From Callorhinchus milii (lineage: Eukaryota): a stretch of DNA of 64,000 nt. The notes under the pieces were generated by a model. It searched no databases. It saw only the letters and a program-made list of their open reading frames with translations, and had not been told where the DNA came from. The stretch lies in contig NW_024704742.1 in NCBI RefSeq assembly GCF_018977255.1, positions 129,582,001-129,646,000 of the forward strand, read 5' to 3'. The translations under genes and the position numbers were made by a program. Shown here piece after piece: positions 14,001-26,000 of the stretch (positions within the stretch are counted from its first letter, which is position 1; every line of letters starts with the position of its first letter).

Positions 14001-17000
14001 AGTCCTCTTCCTTGCCCCCACCTTCCTTGTTTTAAGATCCATAATTTCGAATGCACTTTTGGCTACCTTTCCTCTCCCCCAACAAGCTCTCACCAAGATC
14101 AGCATTCCAGTCAGCTGTGTAAGATATGCTCCTGTCATGAAAGGTGTCACATAAATGTTAACTGTTGTATTATTCACAGAATAAATGGGGAAAGAAAAAA
14201 AATCAATCTAATGTAACTGACAGTCTCTCAACTGCCAATTTGTTGTTTATTATTACTGTATCATTAACCTTATTGTTTTGAAGTAATCTGATAGGTTGAT
14301 TAACTGGGTAGCATGAATATGTTATTGGTAAAATAAACCATGTTTAGTGAAAAGATTTGTTCAGTCACTAGACAAGCAAAGAATGGGAGAGAGCTTCAGT
14401 GTGTATTCAACGGAAAGGTTTGGTTTACTTATAGAAGCCGGGTGAAGCAAACATAACATTTAGTTTTAATCCACGCACTCAAAAGTATTTCAGTGTATTC
14501 CAATATTTGACTCACCCTTTGTCTACATTCCAGAGGTAAGCAGTTCCACACTCGCTGGCAATCACCAACTCTCCTGGAAGGTGAGGACTGAAGCAGAGGG
14601 CAGTGTTAGAATTCCTACGAGTGCTAGATTCCCTTACTCTGCCTTACGTACAAATCGCTATTTATTTTCATCACCGGGACAGATAAAAGCAGAGAATAAG
14701 AAGTTAGCTCCAATGGGACAGCAAGCTCCAGACTTGAGTGAAGATTCGATAACAACAATTTATATTTGTGTAATGTCTTTCACGCTGAGAGGACCTCCCA
14801 AGGCACTCAACAATACTGGCTTGGCACCCGAGCTGCAAATGGGAGCCCCAGGTGGATGGGGAGGGGAAAGATGACCAAAAGTGCAATTGGTCATAAAGAT
14901 AGGTCTTGAGATGGCCTTTTTTCTCAGGATAAGGTATTCCCAGGATCAGTCCTGGCTGGGATTCCTCCCCTCCTTCTCTCCCTCCGCTATAGCACTTCTC
15001 CCCCTTCCCCACACATCTCACAAACAAATAAAACACAGAAGGCAGGCACCTGATGCCCTCGGAACCATTTCTCAGTAGAAGTAAAACGGAATAAAAATTA
15101 CTTAAAGGGAGAAAAATTTGTTTTAACATTTACAAATTTTGGGCGGGGGTGGATTCTTCCCACTCAGTTCCTGTTAACCCGGCAGGCCAGAGCCTCGACC
15201 AATAAGATGATCCTAGCTGGACAAACAGCAGTGCTCTAAAAATGACAAGCCATGTTAAACTCCATCAGTACAACACACACTCTGGGGCGTCCAAACCTTA
15301 GCTCTTGCCAATCTGTGCCTAATGTCTCTGGAATTAGGTAAGCAGCATTAGAGAGTGAGGGAGTCTATTCCAGACTCTAGAAAACGTCTATTGTAGATGA
15401 CATACAAATATGAAACTGCTTCTGGTTGAGATACTCTTATGCATGGTAATGGGTTTCCGCAGTTGTCCGACACCTGGCTTGTGAAAAAATAATTCAATAA
15501 AAAAGCACCTAGTTCTTACCTAACATTCACACAGGTAGCTACATTCTCCACTTGAACTACCTGGAGAGGAGAAGGTTTCATGCTCTTGGACAGTTTCCAT
15601 GCTCCACAACAATAGTCCGACCGAACACCTACAAACACTGCAGTCGGGAAAGTAAAATGGGAGAAATAGCCATATGAGTTTTTAGCCACTCAAAGCAGCT
15701 TGTGGAGAATGAAGTCAACACAAAGGTTAAAATTCAGAGCACATTTTAATGATGTGCAAAAATGTCTTTTTTTATTATGGAAAGGTTTATTGCACTATTT
15801 CATAGAAGAGCTAATTGCTTGCCCCAGTGTCCAGGCAATATTCCCAACCTTACTCAAATTTACCAAAACAGATAAATTCATTTATTATTTTTAATTTTAT
15901 ATTAATTTATTAACTTCGGCACTGTTGGTGAGATGCGGTCATACCTCAAGCCTTTCATGGAGACTCAATCAGATTTGGAAATAACTTAAAAATGACAGGC
16001 GTTATTAATGTATCTTTACTTTTTTTAACCATAACTTTGTTTACTGTTTAACTAATACAATTAAAACAAACGTACACATGAATATAATATATTCTGAATA
16101 TCGCTGAGAAACTACTGCTGGTTACACATTAACCCTTGCAGAACACCCACTGACTCCATGATAACAACTTGTATTTATATTGCGCCCTTAACGTGGGATA
16201 ACGCATCCAGAGAACTACACAGTGATCAGACTGGACACCGAAAAGAGAAAAGGGGAGACACAGGTGCGGTTGAAGAGATAAGTTTGTAAGCCTGCCTGGA
16301 AGACAGATGTTGGAGGGGGAGGGAGGGGGTGCTAGAGTCAAAAAAAACAATAAATTACATTTGTATAGCGCCCTTCACTTTGGAAAGACGTCCCAGGGTG
16401 CTGGACAGTTGGACAGTCAGGGGTTTTTGGACCCGAGCTGGGAGTTGGGGTCAGGTGGGGTGAAGGCCAGGGGGGTAGATGGGTGGCCGAAGGCACGGTC
16501 GAAGCCAAAGGTCTTTAGACAGAACTTGAAGGAGGCAAGAGAGAGGGTGAGGCAGAGAGATTGCGGGACAGAGTTCCAGAGTGGAGGAAATATCACAAGC
16601 TAGGAGAATATAACAAGGCTTCTTTGCCTTAGCCAGGCACGTCACCACTTTCAGGGGAAGAAAACGTAACATTCTAAACAACAAGCAATAAAACAATTTT
16701 CACCGACATGTACCTTCCTGGTCCACCTCACTGCAGGCGATTTGATTGATCCTACCATTCAAGCTGACGGAGGCTGGCTTATTAAACTTTGCATTTAACT
16801 TTGGCACTTCATCATCATCAAAATCTAATTTGATCTTGCGGAAGTCTGGTGTCAATTGGTTAAGGAGCTTCAACAAATTTTCTGCTAAACAATATGGGTA
16901 GTGCTACTTTTACTTTATTTTCCCTATTTCTACCTTTTCTTACCGTTTTTTATACCTAGGNAAAAATCTTCCTTACATTTTTGTGTATTTTACAATATAC

Positions 17001-20000
17001 ATTGTCATTTTTGGATGGATGAAGCTTGTTTTGCAATTTATATTACTTTTCCGACAAAACACACTGTGACTCCACTTTATAGGGTATCCTGAAAAACGCT
17101 TTGTGAAACTTCCTCCTGACGTGAAAGGCACTACGTCAAATGTAAGAGTTATTATTATTCTGGGGTCAAGACCACCCTCAAAAGACTGCTTCCACGACCA
17201 ATGAAAAGCTAAAAATCTGAAAAAACTTGGGCTTATTTAAATTTTTTCAGAGTATAATTTTTTTTCGCTGGTGGTGGGGGTTGGGAAGAGAGGACAGCGT
17301 ACATATAGAGAGCAAGTATTTGCAGGCTATCTTTTTTTTAAAAAAAGATTTCTGACAACAGAACAGAATATGATTTGTATATCCACTTAGAGAACAACCA
17401 AAGAAACACAAAAGAAATGCTAGATGAAAAAAGATCAAGGTCTATCTAGTTCACCTTCCTGGCGGTTGCATGCACAAATGTCCCAAACTACCTATGTACT
17501 ATATCCCATAATGTTATTTCCTAAAAGAAAGCTATCTAATCTGTCTTTGAAAGAAACGGTTTAGACAACCGCTTGGGGAAATTCAGAAAGTACGACATGC
17601 AACTGGAAATTTTCAGATAGCCACTTTTATGGATGGGGAGCATCCATCCAAAAGGATACTGAGGGAGCTCATCAAGTCGGTGCTGGGATACATCAGGCAC
17701 CCTTCTTCACAGCTGGATCCTTCAGAAAACGGCCAGTACACGAGAGCACCACCAGTGGCAGAGTGATTGAACAGAAGTTGGTTTCTTTGGAAGTTCATTT
17801 CTTCGTGAACGTTTTCTGCCAGTAAAGTTGGTGGAATATCAAACATGGACTCACCGAACAAATGACTTGAAAGTCTTGCTCGGGGAGTGTTATTAGATAT
17901 TGGGCATCTGTAAAAATCAGTGAACATACATTAACATATAACTCAGTGCAATGGAGTTTTCCATACTTCCGTTGGGCCCTGACAGAATTAATAATTTAAG
18001 CTGACACTTCAGTGCAGTTCTGTGGGTGCTCTGCATTGTTAGAGGTGCCGTACTTCTGATGAGATGGTTATTGTGCCTCAGGCGAATGGTAAAGAGATCG
18101 AATGGTTATATTTAAAAAGAGTTTCTCCCGGTGTCCTGACCAACCAACAATTGCCCAGATAGAATTGATCATTCACTTCATAACTGTCTATGGGACACTG
18201 CTGTGCTCAAATTGGCTGCCGTTCCCGCCTACGAAATATACAGTTGCTACACTTTACAGTAAAATCCTGTGAAACGCTTTGAGATGTCCTCTTGACATTA
18301 AAGGTGCTATACCTATTACTATTTATTATAGTTTCTGCCAAGAGGACAGTTCGCTTAACACTACAATACTACACGTGAAATGTAGTTCTTTACGTTTTGC
18401 TACTATCACAGCGATATATCATCAGGCATTTGTGCATTCTACTTTGGAGATGATGTTTCCAGGTTCATGTCTCTCTCTCTCCGTTTCTGAATTAGCTCTG
18501 AGAGAGGAACACACAGTAATCCAATACACTGTCTGTTGCTTACAACTTGTCTGGCACATCAATGAAACATTGCTTCAATCTTGTGAGCGCTTATAGGCAT
18601 GGTGGTGGATTTAAGTTGACTTGAAACATGCTGCATGTTTGCATGTATATTAATAATAATAATCCTTGCATTTGATATAGCACCTTATGTCGTTGAGACG
18701 TCTCAAAGCTAAGCTCTTCACAGAATATATTCTAAAATGGATTGACTGTGTATTTTTTGGGCAAAATAACACCAAATGTGTTTATTTGCACCTCTGGTGT
18801 TCAAGAGGATGTAAGGCAACATAAGGTAGTTGCAAACCCACTTAATCCAAAATATTTTTTTTTAAAAATAGTAATTTACACGGACATAAATTACAGCAGT
18901 CGATTTATAGTCAATTTGGCATCACGGTATTTATTCAAAAATTGCAGTTAGACTTTCATACAATTCATGAGTATTTATGTTTTTTGTAGCAGTAACATCG
19001 GAGGAAAGAATTTTTCAAAGTGAGGAAACTTTTCTGAAGGTAGCAAAATAATACATCACCCCCCAAAAAACAAAACAAATGCATGGCTACTTACTGCCTC
19101 TGTTTCACTCTTTCTGTGAACGTTGTCAGGAAATTTACACTTATTGTCTTATCCCTGGCTCTTCCCTTCAAGAAAGAACAAGTCAACGTATTAAACTTAT
19201 TTTAAATCACATTTCCACATTTAAAGTTAGTTCTCGACATGGATGTGCAGCGTAATTAGAGAGCTGAGTTTTCAGTAACTTCACCTCGCCCTTTGGAACT
19301 CCCTTCTCTCTGATGCATGGGGGAAACGATGCATTGAGAACTTCAATACACTCAATAAAAGTCTGAATAATCATCATCTCTACCTGTAATGGTTACTCTT
19401 TTACGTTCAAGTTCTTATATCAACTTGACACAGCAATTTGCTGCTGCATTTCGCCCACAAAATACACAGTCAATCCACTTTACAATATCTTCTGTGAAGC
19501 GCTGAGACGTCTCAACGACATAAGGCGCTATACAAAATGTAAAGACTATTATTATTATTGACACATCACAACCTTTTTTTAAAAAAAACTTATCTATTTA
19601 CGTAGCGCTATATACTGTCAGTTTTGAAAAACAATCCTTGCAATGTGATACGGTATCTATAACATTGAGAATGTTTCAAAGTACTTGTAAAGTGTAGCTA
19701 CTGTGTTTTCCACCCAAAAGGGACAGCCAATTTGCGTAAGTGTCCCCAAACAGCCATGAGATGAGCATACAATTTTATCTGGAGAATTGTTGGCCGGGAC
19801 ACCGGATAAAACTCCTTTCTCTTATCGAATAGTGCCACACGGGATCTTTAACATCCACCCAAACAAGGAACCCAGTTAAGTGTCTCACCTGAAGCTTTGG
19901 CAATGCTAACAATACAGCACCCCTACTGTATTGGAGTGAGAGCCAACAAAATAATAAAATATCATAGATTTATGCCATAAATCAAAAAATATTCACTCAA

Positions 20001-23000
20001 GAAACATTTATTTTGTTGGCCACCACTGGCCTAGAGTGTGAACTCAAAACAAGTGCTTGAAGCAAAGGTGAGGGAACTACCAACTGAGCCAGGCTTACAC
20101 TTTAATGTAACACGAGGGGAAAATAAACACAATCTCACCCTGAGAATGCAGTCTCCGAAATAAAAGCTCTCTTCCAAAAGTTTACCCATTGACCTGAAGG
20201 CATCGTCACGGTGTTCAATAAAGAAGTAAGCCATCTTCAAAAAGGGGGAAGAGAAAACCAAACTTAGCATGAACAAAATAAAAATTAATCCCAGATATCT
20301 ATCTAGTTATTGTAGCACATGTACAGAACCAAACAAGGTGAATCTAAATGGTTTTCAAAGCTTTCCTATTTCATGTTTTTTCTGATTCTCTCCTCCCCAG
20401 TCACACAAATTAGAATAATCCTTGCATTTTGATATAGCGCTTTTCACGTCGGGAGGACGTCCCAAAGCGCTTCACAGAAAAGACACTGTAAAGTGAATTG
20501 ACTGTATATTTGTGGGCGAACGCGGCAGCCAATTGCTCACAGCAATGTCCCACAAACAGTTGTAGATTGAAAATGACCAATTTATTATTGTTTTTGGTTT
20601 TGGAGGGATTATTATTAGGCTCTGTGTGGAGTAAGGAAACTTGCCCAAGGTTTCGCCCTCTGCCTGGAATTGAACTCAGGTCTCTCACTTGCAAAGCGAG
20701 TGCTCTAACCACTGAGCTACAGGACTCCACGAAGGATTGCATCTGCATAAATCTAAACTAGAAAACCAATGATCACAAAACAAACTTAATAATAATAAGA
20801 ATCCTTGCATTTGATGTACATCCCACGGAATTATCATAGAATATTGCAGCACAGAAGGAGGCCATTCAGCCTGTCGTGCCTGTGCCTTCTTTGGAAGAGT
20901 TACCCAATCAGTCCAACTCCCCCGCTCTTTCCCCATATCCTTGCAAATGTTTTCTTTTCAAGTACCTATCTAACTCTCTTTTGAAAGTTGTTTCCACCAT
21001 CCTTTCAGTCAGTGGAATCCAGAGAGTAACAACAACGTGTTAAAAAAACGTCTCATCTCCCCTCTGGTTCTTTTACTAATTATCTTAAATCTACGTGACC
21101 TGGTTACTGACCCACCTGCCAGTTTCTTCCGATCTACTCTATCAAAACCCCTCATAAATTTGAACATCTCTATTAAATCTCCCCTTAACCTTCTCTGCTC
21201 TAAGAACATTCCCGGCTTCTCTAGTCTTGCCACATAACGAAAGTCCCTCATCCCTGATACAATTTTGGAAAATCTCCTCTGTACCCTCTCTAAGGCCTTG
21301 ATATCATTCTGTGCAGAGAAAAAAATTATGTCAGCAAAAAATGAAAATTGTGCAAAACTACATGTTAAGAATTTAAATGGAAACACTTTTTTAACATCCA
21401 AGATTGAAATAAAGGAACACCAACCAGTCTGCATTCTGAACTCACAGGTATTGCAGGCATTCAGTGACTGCTTTGGCCATATTATGCAATATTATATAGT
21501 TTCCCGTAACAAAACGTATTATGCATAAAATTACCTGGATGCGTAATTGCCTGGGATGTAGGTATTGCAAATTGGTTGCTCCATTCCATACAAAGTACAG
21601 TTACTACCCTTTACAGTAAATCCTATGAAGTGCTTTAAGACATACTTTCAATGTGATAGGCTCTACATCAAATGCAACAAATAATAAATTATTATTATGA
21701 TACAGTGTACAGACATAAGTAAATCAAAAAAGGATGGGGTTTGATACAACAACAACAACAAGATTCCATTTATAGAGCGCCTTTCACGTCGGGAGGACGT
21801 CCCAAGGCGCTGTACAGTTGGGTCAGGATCCGAGCAGGGGGGAAATGGTGAGGGGAGGGAAGGGAGTGAGGAGGGGGTAGAGAGTCGAGAGGGGAGCTGA
21901 AGGCACGGTCAAAGACAAAGGTCTTGAGACCGTCCTTGAAGGAGGAAAGGGAGGAGGCGGCGAAGGCACTGGGGGATAGAGTTCCAGAGCCTCGGGGCTG
22001 AGAGGCTGAAGGCCCACACACCGATGGTAGGGCGGTTGGGGCGGGGGATGTGGAGCAGACCGGAGCCAGAGGAACGGAGGGTACGGGCATGTAGGTCGGG
22101 GGATAGTAGGTCGGAGAGGTAGGAGGGAGCAAGGCCGTGAATGGCCTTGTAGGTGAGGATGAGGATCTTGAATTCGATCCTCTGGGGGATGGGGAGCCAG
22201 TGGAGGCGAGCGAGGGTGGGAGTGATGTGGTCGCGAAGCCTGGTGCGGGACAGTACACGAGCTGCAGAGTTCTGAATGACCTGCAGCTTGTGGAGGGAGG
22301 TGCCGGGAAGGCCGACGAGGAGAGAGTTCCCATAGTCCAGCCTTGAGGTGACAAAGGCGTGGACCAGAGTTTCAGCAGCGTGAGGGGTGAGGTAGTGCCA
22401 TAGTCTGGCGATATTCCGGAGGTGATGGAAGGCGGTGTCAGTTGTGGTACGGATATGGGGGAGAAAGGACAACTCAGGATCGAACAGAACCCCGAGGTTC
22501 CTGATGGCTTTGAGAGGTGGAGAGTGCAGCCTTGGATGCTGATGGTGTCAGCGCCTGAGGTGCGGAGGCGCTGACGTGAGCCAATCAGGAGGGCCTCAGT
22601 TTTGCGCACGTTGAGCTGAAGAAAGTTGTCTCTCGTCCAGGACTCGATGTCGGACAGGCAGCTGTCAGGACATCGGTGGTCGTGGAGTTGAGAGTAGAGA
22701 AGGAAAGGTAGAGTTGGGTGTCATCCGCATACATGTGAAAGTTAACCCCATGTCTGCGGATGAAGTCACCGAGGGGGAGCATATAGAGGGTGAAGAGGAG
22801 GGGACCGAGGACAGAGCCCTAAGGGACACCGCACGAGACAGTGCGGGGGCCGGAGGAAAAACCATTCGTGGAAACAAAGTGAAGACGGTGGGAGAGGTAC
22901 GACCTAAATCACTCAAGGACAGGGCCTTGAAGGTTGAGGTGGGAGGACAAGAGGTGGAGGAGGATAGCGTGGTCGACCGTATTGATGTGGCTCATTGCAG

Positions 23001-26000
23001 TTTCTCATTATGAAACATAGCATGTCCCTACACTCAAATACCATCACAAGTTTTCTTTCAGGCTGTAATAAGTTTTAGAAAAACTAAGACATTTCAGAAA
23101 ACACACCTGCTCTGGGAAGTTCAGTGCACGCATTGCAAGCTCGTTGTTTTCCCGGCTTTTCATTACATTCCCGACATAAGAGAGGTCTTCCAGGGATGCA
23201 GGTTGAAACTTGCAGACTTAAAATTGGGAGGGATAAAAAAAAACAATCACTCACGCTTGAGAACAATATTACAGGTAACAAAAAACTGTATATGCTCACA
23301 AATACTAGGTTTTAAAACAAGAAGGGTCTTAACCAAATGAATTAGTTTTCAGAGGAAAGCATAACAAAGACAACTTTTATTTTGTCAGCCGAGTGAACGA
23401 CATCACGAGTATCCAAACTAGGCAAGAGCTTCACATATACACACAATAATAATCCTTGCATTTGATGTCACGCCTTATCATGTCTTTTGAGACGTCTCAA
23501 AGAGCTTCACAGATTATATTGTAAAGTGATTTGACTGCATATTATGTGGGCGAAACGCAGCAGCCAATTACCAACAGCAGTGTCCCACAAACAGTCGTTG
23601 ATTGAGTGATCAATTTATTATTTTTTTTAAAGAAATTATTACTCCAGGAAAAGTGATCCACCAATCAACTCAAAGCCGGGTTCCTACTTACTGCTCGGTA
23701 AACACAGGCATGTGGAGTAAGGAAACGTGCCCAACATTTCGCCCTGCTCCAGGATGGAATCCAGGTCTCTCGCTCGTGAGGCGAGTGCTCTAACCACTGA
23801 GCTACGGGACTCCACGCATACTAAGCCTGGAAACTTCCCGTCTGGAAATGGTGTGCGCACTCTCCCCGTCAGGAAGGATGCAATCTGCTTGCCTGTTTCT
23901 GGAACGTATTACGACGACTTGCATTTGCAGAGCACCTTCACACGGGCAGCAACTCAGAGCACTACCTGGATAGTAAGTCCAGGTTGGCAAAGCCAGCCAT
24001 AGCTTGGGTAACCCAGAATGTGCATTGGGGAACTGTAGGAGTTTGTGTTGTGCCGGTGCCTTGGGACGTCCTCCCGACGTGAAAGGCGCGATACAAATGT
24101 AATCTTGTTGTTGTTGTTGTTGTTGTTGTTGTGTGGACAAACGTTGCATTACCTGCGTTTGGAGGAAGTAGCGGAACAGCCACTGGCTCCAGCGGATCCC
24201 AACTCTCCCGAGCCAGGCTTCTCAGGGCTACCCATTTCCGCTCTCCTGCCTGCAAAGGACAATTATAATAATAATAATAATCCTTGCATTTGATGCAATT
24301 GGCTCCAGTGTGAACAAAACAGTCAAACCTATTGATTCAACAGGCCCCGGGCAGCGGTATATCAATGTGATTCTGCTGTTGTTGCCGAATGTAAAGCAGA
24401 GATTGTTAGTGGTTCGCAAAACAACTTGTATTTAAATAACGTAACTCACTCCGCTTCACCCTGCACCCCCGCACCCTCGCTCACCCCGACCCCGTGCCCT
24501 CGCTCACCCCCCGACCCTGCACCCTCGCTCACCCCGACCCTGCACCCTCGCTCACCCCGCACCCTGTGCCCTCGCTCACCCCGACCCCGTGCCCTCGCTC
24601 ACCCCGACCCTGTGCCCTCGCTCACCCCGACCCTGCGCCCTCGCTCACCCCGACCCCGTGCCCTCGCTCACCCCGACCCTGTGCCCTCGCTCACCCCGAC
24701 CCTGTGCCCTCGCTCACCCCGACCCTGTGCCCTCGCTCACCCCTCACCCTGTGCCCTCGCTCACCCCGACCCCGTGCCCTCGCTCACCCCGACCCCGCGC
24801 CCTCGCTCACCCCACACCCTGTGCCCTCGCTCACCCCGACCCCGTGCCCTCGCTCACCCCACACCCTGTGCCCTCGCTCACCCCACACCCTGTGCCCTCG
24901 CTCACCCCGACCCCGTGCCCTCGCTCACCCCACACCCTGTGCCCTCGCTCACCCCTCACCCTGTGCCCTCGCTCACCCCTCACCCTGTGCCCTCGCTCAC
25001 CCCGACCCTGTGCCCTCGCTCACCCCAGACCCCGTGCCCTCGCTCACCCCACACCACGTGCCCTCGCTCACCCCGCACCCTCGCTCACCCCACACCACGT
25101 GCCCTCGCTCACCCCGACCCCGCACCCTCGCTCACCCCGACCCCGCACCCTCGCTCACCCCGACCCTGCACCCTCGCTCACCCCGACCCTGTGCCCTCGC
25201 TCACCCCGACCCCGTGCCCTCGCTCACCCCGTGCCCTCGCTCACCCCACACCCTGTGCCCTCGCTCACCCCACACCCTGTGCCCTCGCTCACCCCGACCC
25301 TGTGCCCTCGCTCACCCCGACCCTGTGCCCTCGCTCACCCCGACCCTGTGCCCTCGCTCACCCCGACCCCCGCCCTCGCTCACCCTGTGCCCTCGCTCAC
25401 CCCACACCCCCGCTCACCCCGCGCCCTGTGCGCTCGCTCACCCCGACCCTGTGCCCTCGCTCACCCCGACCCTGTGCCCTCGCTCACCCCACACCCTGTG
25501 CCCTCGCTCACCCCGACCCCGTGCCCTCGCTCACCCCACACCCTGTGCCCTCGCTCACCCCTCACCCTGTGCCCTCGCTCACCCCGACCCTGTGCCCTCG
25601 CTCACCCCACACCCTGTGCCCTCGCTCACCCCGACCCCGTGCCCTCGCTCACCCCGACCCCGCGCCCTCGCTCACCCTGTGCCCTCGCTCACCCCACACC
25701 CCGCGCCCTCGCTCACCCCGACCCCGTGCCCTCGCTCACCCCGACCCCGCGCCCTCGCTCACCCTGTGCCCTCGCTCACCCCACACCCCGCGCCCTCGCT
25801 CACCCCGCGCCCTGTGCCCTCGCTCACCCCGACCCCGTGCCCTCGCTCACCCCGACCCCGTGCCCTCGCTCACCCCACACCCTGTGCCCTCGCTCACCCC
25901 GACCCTGTGCCCTCGCTCACCCCGCGCCCTGTGCCCTCGCTCACCCCGACCCCGTGCCCTCGCTCACCCCGACCCCGTGCCCTCGCTCACCCCACACCCT

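Noticed and set aside
16961..16961. Single N base
   Set aside because: Sequencing ambiguity inside an intron; no effect on the gene models
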